From the IMG/VR virus record IMGVR_UViG_3300013372_001213: a DNA stretch of 64,000 nt, one strand, 5' to 3'. The position numbers and the translations under genes are program-made. The notes below the pieces were generated by a model. It had not been told where the DNA came from and did not search any database. It saw nothing but the letters and a program-made list of their open reading frames with translations. This document shows positions 23,101-30,000 of the stretch, piece by piece (position 1 is the stretch's first letter; each line of letters opens with the position of its first letter). This stretch comes from an uncultured virus (IMG/VR IMGVR_UViG_3300013372_001213) (Duplodnaviria; Heunggongvirae; Uroviricota; Caudoviricetes).

Positions 23101-24702
23101 GCTGGTAACTTATATAATCTTGTTAATAGAGGTAAAGTTAGAATGGTTGGAGATAAGATTATAGGAAAAGGTATATCTTATACTCTTGATGAATTTGGAG
23201 CTGCTGAAGGTTTTAATGACTGGGCTGGATTTGTTAAAGCTGCTAAATATGCCGGTATAGATATACAAACAGGTAAAGAAGTATTCTTATATGATATTAC
23301 TCCTGCTGGTAAAGCTGCTGATAAAGTTAGACCTGTGTTTGATTCTCTACCTAGTAAATCATCTACCCCTACTATGACTTATGCCGGTATAGGATCTAGA
23401 GAAACTCCTCAAGAAGTTCTTGATAAAATGACTGAGGTAGCTAAGTATCTTGATGGTTTAGGTTATACCCTAAATACTGGTAAAACCTTTACTGCTAAAC
23501 CAAGTACTGACCCAAAATATCAAAAACAATATGAAGAAAGATTAGCTTTTTCTAAAAAAAATAATGGAAAAGTTGGGTTAGATGAAGAAGGAGCAGATAG
23601 AGCATTTTCTTTAGGAACTACTAAAAAGAACTTATTTGGTGTAAATGCACCTGTAGGTAAAAAAGAAATGAGTGTGATGGAAGAAATACATCCTTCTCCT
23701 GATAGATTAAAAGAAGGTGGTAAAAAACTTATGGCTAGAAATACTAACCAAATATTTGGTGAGAATTTAAATACTCCAGTAGACTTTGTATTATTTTATG
23801 CTAAAGAAACTAAAGGGATTAGACCAGAAGGTGGTACAGGACAAGCTGTTGAAATGGCTAGAAGAAAAGGTATACCTACTATTAACATGGCAGATACTAA
23901 TTGGAGAGATCAGTTAAAAGCAGCTATTGCTAATAAACCAAATAATAATGTTAATGATGATTATAATTTTGACTCATCAGGTATTTTAAAATATAATAAT
24001 AAAGAACTTAATGATTTATATTTAAAATTAAGAGATGAGTACAAAATACCAAGTATTCCTAAAACAAAAGAAGAAACAAGATTATTTAGATTAAAAAATG
24101 CATTATTACTTACAAAAAATGCTGATACAAATGATTATATAAAAATACCTGATTTATCAGATATATTTACTAATCCAGAAGCTCTTAACTTATATAAACA
24201 ATATTTAAACAACATTAATAATTCTAGAGATTTATTTATTGAAAGATTTAAAAATGATCCTTTATTTAATCAAGAAATAGAATTTAGACCAGGAGAAACT
24301 AAAAAAGGATATGAATTTATACCTAAAACAACAAAATCATTAATTGAACAACCATCTATTTTATTTATGGAATTGTTTAAAAAAGCTGGGTTAAAACCAG
24401 GTACAGATAAGCATAAAGCTAAGTTATTGGAGTTAAAGCAGTTTATAGACTCTAAAACTACATCTTTATTAAATAATGCTATTAAACTTGAGTTAAGGGT
24501 ATCTACTACCCAACCTACTGAAACTCTAGACTTTAAAACTATGCCTGACTTTACAATAGATAGAAAGAGAGAAATATTAAGTAATTTTGCTTTAAAACAT
24601 GGTATTACTAAAGATGAGGCTTACAAATATATTAATGAAGCTTTTAACAACCCTACCAAGAATAAAGAAGATATTATTAAAAAACTAAAAGAATGTTACT
24701 AA
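11140..24702 (+). CDS. Virion-packaged DNA-dependent RNA polymerase polyprotein (crAss-like, phi14:2 gp66-type) with zincin and accessory C-terminal domains
   Basis: R-I-P...GTDFDVDK catalytic loop (DFDVD at 18052-18066), DGDGQG at 16561, HESWH zincin motif at 13183-13197, and AlkB-like, ASCH-like and SLOG-like modules after about 21600. Confidence 0.9.
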   Translation: MVCDLNQNNLKENLENYVNALIEENFKNPTFSYTDIVNIIKQDAFDENNDLSQALGIAYHVPQMIYDIIKNNPEYNEKEFVKKGYDSTKLINEINTLEEAEDKIKAIATMLGITTTSVAEMEEVISQQPSSSNTVYIKAEGSDSISIDNALSNGTYFATTIQTAETEMIEGKPVINLNVRKKSELFYQDMLSRIILARKDADQDFTEIEYDGHKGFRAVIMLENQMPGTIRTGREFMLTRNVPVLVITDNQGNIMYFDEKTGKISDKENGKPLYQTLKKIGDVNATNITNSLSKNLKNLSKEEEDIAKAKIRKQVDEEGKKLQELKDKSKQGPVLVDIIGGSIGVAQTTDNLDPDIKHAVEANLSEFDENSYDPNSIIFDPFTIKGARESLPAIKFKTIKNHVTLKNTEKIGEQDPQLLNDIVNILTEDVGLTDTEKFNYIGQFINLNKKANPNDPSSIPYSIGINASKGNKLYMNINGKNVPFENKELAKQLISDFLGKNVPIHFKDELYRLRQYDKITLQETPTGYSIAKREQLPYLPFIFSKFTPRVAYDKTSGFPAVNNGYFIFSPVITQEEINKQIAETTAKLKEENIPTNNTEQEEEFDELKSSRLIEDNSTAEQNAKAENWWRNESALSKAVDENGRPLLSLNLLRNVTNSDAWATFSGSVITLYKGAKFSQIYHESWHAFSQVYLTRDQRTALYKDVSNLKGSFEVVKRIVGPGSVTFKKVKVNFKDLDVNKRPDRILLEEFIAEEFRKYALNDGKFNTKSEKNTVLGRIFDRIWRALKALVGNTDIYTTLGSDVVLKDIFNTLYTAKDSKDLLPYSPNLTNAEFGLLNSGGIVSEDAESNISISEGLLLSRTIDGILSQYVTEKVQKGSFSAATKIFSSRKNLTTIYNEVKDKFNNERNVLLARKSKIPATDVQELSIIDNKINLFTRALTLFGDINKALAGESAEASVIAFHRNNSTFKDLFSPFRLIKNEEGDSDNYEETSDSSQQELATSYDQPTNGVASEKLANDTVLYLIKSLLKQDKAGNFELNELGFAEPIEFLPFWRVLMDKASGETSILGLYNKLAEAGKNVSPLFNQLLSKVYVQQTKLEGTKVVNLSPEDSLAVMIREGSEVGDLWMKFVQSTNLHKVDLIVNYIQANTNGTVDIRVGKTSDNYQKIINTDWPVAFQQKEKDSFTTRSNQVNYIDLEAVANRFLIKGTNTQNQNTYIVAKENYIPFLNSIGLYVDNISEIKEILKPDDINFIADAIGKTNDNAVGEERKISNVISYLNVARTLENGTRIAHNAYAIIKLAELQAAFSTEYSTSMKYTPENTLKSTHATNSTDTQKINAIKKSKEIGNLFTTDPEFIHMNSFNPVSNPLTKGLILFKSLYSTVTGEKLPDNDINYRDLSGTTFVDSEYVSNGKSYAKMGFLDKVLSTFISTLGGGYIEGVQAGDKSSNFAVKLNYINTYKGKINDNLYVDTVAFITDKDGKSIMGIDPMQKVLEMLYPKLEGEIRRIAMVNADPAYYDNIKGFENGDEFDIFDEILDEATGSLKETLKSEETYEQLLEKGTLYDLLVANPLLKEKIDKEILTYFDKIEESYNKDLFDPIFGKDKPMPAALKGLILKDLSGNKLEQDNIYGKDEEEKDLNIKKAAIRSYMINNFIHKTETTVFLQGDSFQFDHTAKEMVKRTSGSQSGGTIFPVDKLTQIFIDTKVGRPYEQKLIADKVISEKDVRSYGPTLNTAIIEESKVTSVYFELYLELFENDFKKKGLKGDELAAALYGVNPDTGLPGSDETDSEGNYIDVHKGGKMDPFVNIKDGDGQGWMSFDTYRILKKAEGNWSDAQEELFFKIVNNEEIDTSILTDMFPVYKLQYNGALATEVGRFPAQAFHKFSLFPLIPNVIKNFPAADTLHKAMISQNIDYALFPSGSKRSYIKSSPESKGDAIYNGTTNNIKPLSEINFTKNTIYISYLKNQTAVNSYYKSESTFSSQLRKLITSFLYENGVPVDYFQANGFKTPEEAIEAWEEEPYKRMASQFHDYAEELKDSIEDFVEYKKKELLDELGWTEDDLYAETVDDEKLESLLGFLDKEFARQGFSEHERSPLIATSNFNKVDISTSPLAARFEKMIMAIVNNRIIKPKLKGEPLVELSSAFMQDANFRKPTLEEIAKYDDFGGTNGLASYVVDPSGKYKTRGFMFKRALNKMDEGLFQLDYFTKNADGKYVNAGESIAIYKPRKKGEQREIDLERSLDRLNEMLQVKDWRMNDDNYKKLRLTGVRIPVQGHNSMEFGEVAQFLNPSAGPVIIIPAEIVAKSGTDFDVDKMTTYMPFLTRSGKLMEKMNEEDIDEKEEELKTKFDKLVLNKKVIEVLKQDKSEKWLDINFKLNNFRKAIRLAGKKIDEKTLETLSSNKSKVIIKAMDEPGMEEYVKNFIPKAYNIYIKNIKGVTLENLETVENALEIIYNEKSELSEVFTERADLNDHKNNMLGGIQNKLIQDMVNILELPHLAASLMSPNDTNLAKPAADKLEGYIQKADNESDYTVSVKTGKKMYKRGISPTKVYTQNYNIKRHQENFSSKDSLGIAAIDNYINNLLNMAGGIMEKSMNVSAKTPIKTKEGFKWPKDNNTTVEVNIDLNLPHNKLNGAISLSHVMDKLKTNSIADIINQLMNGFVDVGKDAWVAYLQGNVDVVPKFLFLLQTGVPFKHIAYLVSNPMTRQYIKDKANGKAVLSPLMPNIAKSYDVAGNMLNKIEFSDNVLYNLDNIYGIQEALKEKAKSSDFTEETLERVAQKSLDYTDREQIAGFLEYLYVENLIEDYDAMKKAMNPDTKNSPDLYSAQAKIEEVQGLMNSPSIVQKVINKLATNSMISPFFIQEFARRLFSRLFKLRDDSQVNNFLISIFKDRMNASKAKKITGYDTETYIAKFKNFIAQYIFANELRVYKSGDTVYKGMPITPEVLEQLNQDFDKGLYLRSNANSDSYESRKLAPISAQAFPGIVKKDSNNNPIVVPNEKLRTDFIEFGLERDYLRQTMSLESVKNTKEFETRRKRLMASGYSEYRQNDGESAEKYMTRLNNSTYEDMLANKALTNTYNIWQLFRSGDNTIAQELTDIITNYPEMGKSTKYSMLLQFMPLGIPNDVLYKNISNFMLKNYSNLDEGLISEYNNQWNDLANPNKDKVIANKEANIYISNFFQNLPLYAFLQSGMDSGKFSLASVMPYNEYKKVMDKASEKFIAKLETTDSDKILQGLKQLFEIENSGKNKKLRGRGPLLKVDISNLPDAEYSIYEQPFIERVMNDNNIPIGVFNITNNYTKDGRAYPVTRDQVDKLIKNNPSVIFLLSPADLIKLTNVLTTDEINKAKININDVINKIISTGTDVVVYSEGFGDSAKKFFDNNGIAEAPKKQVTTEYPIEPGRFVTNSGVTYITIKKNDNGTWQVYNPNATGANSKKSFAESNLTTSFIKAVKVRYRDADYLVTPKDTIISLTTGTKMDWKDNDGNRIAILKLKDTKPVTNETVSVPVTQSSTGIKVISPDYGVVQASTNPTKEFDQKLADTIFKDVRDNAYVENGSNTAQRMWGNGLMWKGNNTKKPTGIPLKVIPAKVDNNANGKLTTVNTPYFYDPLYNDGTPVAPITDLDFLKKHIENTLGIDMSDYDVSLNNIYEEGHNLYRHTDIDESNTAKGYPVIVYVFGNDHKVRFDDNGGKRAFGQMVNPKTLTLKNGDIYAFGMGGKGRFETVHDVVASPKTNNNFPELIGADGKPTKKYTVTLTFRRAADLTPGMPTTPSKTGVKAPVSTDKKLTQEEADWLKDNLKLITKTYNSSTLYGAIDIELKDPIIIGETKVTHIAPDVSGNPSIIFERPSGKWMVTIEEKKGNLFTRLYKWADYSKKGEFSFYASKDSEINDKANIEKAGLNTLVEKLYADTNIPDPGTRLGQFEAANFLQQKYGLKRTYKDIVNQLMSKTQPQAPVTNEVKGSIQLQLIEDLVQQGKAKTTVRRYDKESGIYKSEAGNLYNLVNRGKVRMVGDKIIGKGISYTLDEFGAAEGFNDWAGFVKAAKYAGIDIQTGKEVFLYDITPAGKAADKVRPVFDSLPSKSSTPTMTYAGIGSRETPQEVLDKMTEVAKYLDGLGYTLNTGKTFTAKPSTDPKYQKQYEERLAFSKKNNGKVGLDEEGADRAFSLGTTKKNLFGVNAPVGKKEMSVMEEIHPSPDRLKEGGKKLMARNTNQIFGENLNTPVDFVLFYAKETKGIRPEGGTGQAVEMARRKGIPTINMADTNWRDQLKAAIANKPNNNVNDDYNFDSSGILKYNNKELNDLYLKLRDEYKIPSIPKTKEETRLFRLKNALLLTKNADTNDYIKIPDLSDIFTNPEALNLYKQYLNNINNSRDLFIERFKNDPLFNQEIEFRPGETKKGYEFIPKTTKSLIEQPSILFMELFKKAGLKPGTDKHKAKLLELKQFIDSKTTSLLNNAIKLELRVSTTQPTETLDFKTMPDFTIDRKREILSNFALKHGITKDEAYKYINEAFNNPTKNKEDIIKKLKECY

Positions 24703-24703
24703 T

Positions 24704-27046
24704 ATGAGCTGTGTAAATCCTAATGATAGCCTTTTTAAAACTTTACTTAAAAGTATTAAAAATCCTCTATTAGCTGAAATAGAATTTGATAAACAATCTA
24801 AGGCTGAATCTGAAGGTAAAGCTGAAGCTTTTTATGATAAAAAACTTATAAAAAATGCAGGTAATGATATATCTAAAATCTTTGAAAACTATCTTGCTCA
24901 ATTTGGGATTAGTGTAAAAGATATCAATGAAGCAAAAGATAAATTAAATATAGATGAAATTGGTTATGCAGACATCTTATCTAAAATTGCTTTTATTAAA
25001 AATAGAGAAGATTTACCAGAAATTGCTGGAGAATTTATTGCTTATATGATGAAATATAATGATCTTATAAAAGACATTATATTAGATTTTGCAAAAAATG
25101 ATGCTAAACTAAAAATAAAAAAGAATGCTATATACTATGTAGCATCAGGATTAGGTAAAAGTGTTTTAACTAAAAATAATCCTAACAAGTTTGCTGACAT
25201 GGATGACTTATTATTTCAAGCTGTTAAAAATGTAACAGGTCAAGAAATGAGTACTAAAAATGCATCAATGGAGCTTAATAAAAATATAGAGGTTGGTAAA
25301 GAATTAGTAAAATTAATTGAAGAAGTAAGTAGTACTAAGATTATATTAAGTCCTTTAAGTGAAGCTAAGATTAAAAATTTAGGTTTAACTTATAAAAAAT
25401 TTTTTATTCCTAATGTATCAAATGTACCTAATATAGTAAAAGGTATAGCAGATAGATCTACTAATCCTTATGATATTACTGAAGACTTATACAAAGAAAT
25501 TTATATAAATAAAGTATCTAAAAATAAAAATGTATTTGAAATTAATGGTTATATAGAAGATGAATTTAACAATCTAAATAGTGAATCAGAAAATATAGAA
25601 GATTTCTTAAAACCTAATGAATATGTTAGTAGAGATAATTATGGGGATCTAGTAAAAGAACAAGATTATTTTAAAAGAATAGGTATATTAATATCTAATG
25701 AATTAAAAGGTAGATATGATATATCAAATGATAAATCTTTAATAAGTAAAATTAAAAAGATCATTAGTAAGTTCTTTGGGTTATTTAAAAAAGCTAATGT
25801 AAGTAAGATAAATAGAAATATTAGTGAGATTGTAGATAATGTAATAAAACAAAATAAAAATCTTATTACATCAAGTTTATATAAACCTGGGGCAGAAGGT
25901 AAAAAAACCAAACCTGTATCTATTGAAATAGCCTTATCTAAAGATGCTTTTGGTAAATCTATTATATATAAACTTTCTGAAAAAGGTTTTATTCTTACTG
26001 GTTCCACAGCATTATCAGAACAAGGTACTGTATTAAGACCTGATGATAATCCTTTACATGATATTGATTGGGTTAGTCCTTTTAGTAGAGAGGAAACCAA
26101 AGCAAGATTTATGGAAGTATACCCTGAATCTATTTATGTTAGAGAAATAAAAAATCCAAACTATGTTACTGATACTTATTTAATAGCCCCAGAAGGCTAT
26201 GAGATAGTAAATTACAATGCAAAAAAATATAGTAATAAAACTATTATAAATTCTTATGATGTTGCAAGTAAAAAAACTGGTAAAATTGTAGGTAATTACA
26301 CGATATATTATGATGAAGCTAAAGATAAAAATGTAGAAAGAGAAACTGGTGTAAGAGGTAAAATTATTGACTTTTTTAGTTATGATAATTATACCCTTTT
26401 AAATAGAAATTTACCTTTTGAATTTACTACTTCTGATAATGTACCTCTTAAATTAGCTAATTGGAAAGATATTTTTGCTGCTAAATTAACTTTTGCTAGA
26501 GATAAAGATATCTGGGATTATAACACATTTATGCCAGATGAAAATATTTATGAACTAGATAAAGAGTTAAGTTCTTATATTGCAGGTCAAGTTGTTAAAA
26601 ACTTTGGTATAACAATCCCTACCAAAAATAAAGATACTTTAATTACACAATCTGATATTGAGAAATTTAATAATAATGTAATGGTTAATAATAAGGTATT
26701 ACCTTCAACTTATTATACTGGTCAAAATAATGCTCATAAATGGATTCTTAATGAAAAAAATCTATATGATTTAGTAGATAAAGATACTGATGAAATTTAT
26801 TTAACAGATGTTAATCTTAGTAAAGGTATTCAGGAGAATATAGAGACTCCTTCTACTCCAATTAATAATAATGAAAGAGATAATGCAATAGACTCTATAA
26901 ATGATAGTGTAAGAAGATATAGATTAGATGAAATCTTAGCAGAAAAAGGTTATGATGTAGATGATATTATTAGTAATTTAGAGGCTGCATCAACTCAAGA
27001 AGAATTAAATAATATTATTAACAAATTATTAAATCAAATATGTTAG
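24704..27046 (+). CDS. Virion cargo protein: degenerate zincin-like region, P-loop kinase and Pol-beta-superfamily nucleotidyltransferase (780 aa)
   Basis: ASGLGKS...DMD (25142-25204), GSTAL...HDID (26000-26068) and AKL...RDKDIWD (about 26480-26515). Confidence 0.65.
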   Translation: MSCVNPNDSLFKTLLKSIKNPLLAEIEFDKQSKAESEGKAEAFYDKKLIKNAGNDISKIFENYLAQFGISVKDINEAKDKLNIDEIGYADILSKIAFIKNREDLPEIAGEFIAYMMKYNDLIKDIILDFAKNDAKLKIKKNAIYYVASGLGKSVLTKNNPNKFADMDDLLFQAVKNVTGQEMSTKNASMELNKNIEVGKELVKLIEEVSSTKIILSPLSEAKIKNLGLTYKKFFIPNVSNVPNIVKGIADRSTNPYDITEDLYKEIYINKVSKNKNVFEINGYIEDEFNNLNSESENIEDFLKPNEYVSRDNYGDLVKEQDYFKRIGILISNELKGRYDISNDKSLISKIKKIISKFFGLFKKANVSKINRNISEIVDNVIKQNKNLITSSLYKPGAEGKKTKPVSIEIALSKDAFGKSIIYKLSEKGFILTGSTALSEQGTVLRPDDNPLHDIDWVSPFSREETKARFMEVYPESIYVREIKNPNYVTDTYLIAPEGYEIVNYNAKKYSNKTIINSYDVASKKTGKIVGNYTIYYDEAKDKNVERETGVRGKIIDFFSYDNYTLLNRNLPFEFTTSDNVPLKLANWKDIFAAKLTFARDKDIWDYNTFMPDENIYELDKELSSYIAGQVVKNFGITIPTKNKDTLITQSDIEKFNNNVMVNNKVLPSTYYTGQNNAHKWILNEKNLYDLVDKDTDEIYLTDVNLSKGIQENIETPSTPINNNERDNAIDSINDSVRRYRLDEILAEKGYDVDDIISNLEAASTQEELNNIINKLLNQIC

Positions 27047-30000
27047 GTTGTCCAATTGAATCAGGAGAAGAGTGGAAAAAAATACTAGCTTCTACTAATG
27101 GTAATAGAAGAAAAGCTCTTGAAAAATGGAGGGCTAATGATAAACTTGCTAATGATGAAGATCTTAATTCAAAAGTAGATGATGAAGACTTTATTAATGA
27201 TAAAGGTTTAGACCCTGTTCCTGCTCCAGAAGAAAAAGATAAGTTCTCTAAATTAGTTGAAGATATAAAACTATATCTTAGTAAACAGTATGCTATTCTC
27301 CAAAAACAAAAAATTGCTAGACAAACAGAAAAATTACAAAGATTAGATGAAGTAATTAAAGCTTTTTCAGCTCTTGAAGGGGTAGAATCTATTATAATGT
27401 TTGTTAAAGATGCTTATGAAAAATCTCAAAAAGTACAAGAAAGGGTTAATAAAATCTTAGCAGAAAAGGATTCCATGTCCAGGAGAGATTTGATTAGAAG
27501 TTTATCTGCTGTTAATGATTTTGCCAATGGTTATTCTATATTAGATGAGATAGAAAAAGAAGAAATTTGGGAATATTTTAGTGAGCCTGTAGATCCTTCT
27601 ATACCTGATGAAGAACTTACTCCTCAGCAAATGTTAGGCAAAGCTATTCAAACTAAAAGACTAGTTCAAAATAAATTTATAAATGAAGGTATACCTCTAA
27701 TGGCAGAATTTTTATTAGAGTATAAATCAGAAAATAGTGAAGAAGCTATTCTTGAACAAATTAATAAAGAAAAAGGTATAATAGAAACTATTAAAAAAGA
27801 TCCTTCCCTAACTGATGAACAAAAAGCTGTTAAAATAGCTAAATCAGAAAAAGAAATTGCTAAATATCAAAGTTACTCTTTAGATAAGGAAGGTTTAATA
27901 GAGATTTTAAAATCAGCTAGTTCTGATACTAGTGTTTTAGATTATTTAATCAGTCCTTTAATTAGCTCTGAAGATGCTGCTATAGCATTATTTGCTAAAG
28001 CTATTAAGAGTAACCTTGAGACTGCAAGATTAAAAGATATAAAATTAAAAAATGAACTAGTATCTAAACTTGAAACATATGCTAACACTGTTAGTGCTAG
28101 TATGGATAATAAAGCTGCTTTTAATGAAGGTTTATATGAAGAGTTAAACTATGATTATATAGATTATAAAACTGGTGAAACAAGAACTGCAAATTACATG
28201 GCTTTTGTACAAAAGTATGATATGTCTAGATATGAAAGAGAAAAGTTTAAGTTTTTTGAAAAACTAGGTTCTGAGCCTATTCCTGCAGACCCTTTAAATA
28301 TTACTAGAGCAGAGCAAAATAAAATAGATACTTACCGTAGAAAAATAGGAAACTGGTATTCACAAAATAAAAAACCTAAATCTGCTGAAGAAATAAATAA
28401 AATCATATCAGCTAAAAAGAAAGATTTATATAACAAAGTTATAACTCAAAAAGAATATGATGATTGGTATGAAGATAGAGTTTATAAAAATGAAGAATAT
28501 GGTACTACAACCTATAGAAAAGAATTAAGTGAACCTGCTGAAAAATACCTTAATCCTAAATGGACAGCAATGTATGATTCTAAAGGTAACCCTAAAAATG
28601 TAAAAGGTGAATACCATAAATACTTATTAGAAACATATTTAGCTTCTCAAGATCTTATTCCTGATTCACAAAAACCAGGATTTAGATTACCTTCTATTCC
28701 TAAAAGTGATTTAGAAAGAGCAATGACTGATGGTGTAATAAGTACTATATCTGAAAATATAAAAGATGCTACACAAGTAAGAGCTTTTGATACTCAATTT
28801 GGTATAGCTGATACAGCTCAATTAGGTGTTAAGTTTATACCTGTTAACTTTATACAACACATGTCTCCAAAAGATGTTAGTTTAGATTTAGGTAAATCTG
28901 TATTATTATTTGCTTCTATGGCTAATAAATATAATGCATTAAATGAATTAAATGCTGAGATATCTTTATTTAAAACTATTATAAGTAATCCTAAAAGAGT
29001 ACTTGAAACTAATAGTAAAGGTGAAAATATATTAGATGTATTTGCTAGTAAATTAGGATATGAAGAGTTTATTAAGCAAAATGGAGAGTCTTATTCTAAA
29101 AAACATTTAGAAGCTTTTCTTGAGATGGTAGTATATGGAGAGATGCAAAAAACTGAAGAGTTATTTGGCTTATCTACCTCTAAGATTACTAATACATTAA
29201 GTGCATTTTCTGCTTTAACTTCTATTGCTATGGACCCTCTTAAAGGTATAGCTAATAACTTACAAGGTAATATACAATTAATTATAGAAGCTAATTCAGA
29301 CCAGTTTTTTTCTAAATCAGATTTAGCTACAGGTAAAGGTTTTTATCTTAAATCAATGCCTTTAATGCTTAGTGATTTTGGTAAAAGAACTCCTGAAAGT
29401 TTAGTAGGCCAAATGATAGAGTTTTATGATGCTTTACAAGGGGAGTTTAGAGATCAGTATGGTAGAAAAGTAACATCAAGTGCTGCTATTAAATTACTTA
29501 GTAGTGATACATTATTCTTTAACATGCATTTTGGAGAACATGAGATTCAAGTTTCTACTATGTTAGCATTAATGAATGCTACTAATGTAATTGATAAAAA
29601 AACTGGAAAAACAATAACTCTTTTACAGGCTCATACTCAATATGGTGCCTATGGGGTTGAGGAAAACACAGATTTTAGTGAAAAAAAGAGACAAGATTTT
29701 CAAAATAGGTTGCATGCTTTAAATAAAAGAATGCATGGTGTTTATAATGAATTTGATAAAGGTACTTCACAAAGATATTCTATGGGAAGATTAGTTGTAA
29801 TGTATAGAAAACATTTGGTACCAGGATATAAGAGAAGATTTAAAAGTATGTCTATGGATCAAGAACTTGGTACATTTACAGAAGGTTTTTATATTTCTTT
29901 TTGGAGATTATTTGCTAAAGATCTAGTAACTTTTAAATGGAATATGATTCAAGATTGGTCTACTTATACTGCTTTTGAAAAAGCTCAAATGAAAAGAGCT

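Noticed and set aside
3195..26100. Minus-strand and alternate-frame ORFs inside the giant + strand genes (e.g. 5026..5343, 6382..6795, 12686..12904, 25666..26100)
   Set aside because: Shadow ORFs fully overlapping long genes, with the F/L/S/I-rich composition typical of antisense frames.
11123..27051. Split inteins as the explanation for the terminal cysteines
   Set aside because: No intein blocks are visible (no C-terminal His-Asn, no Hint-like segments), and the Cys lie within 1-4 residues of the termini.
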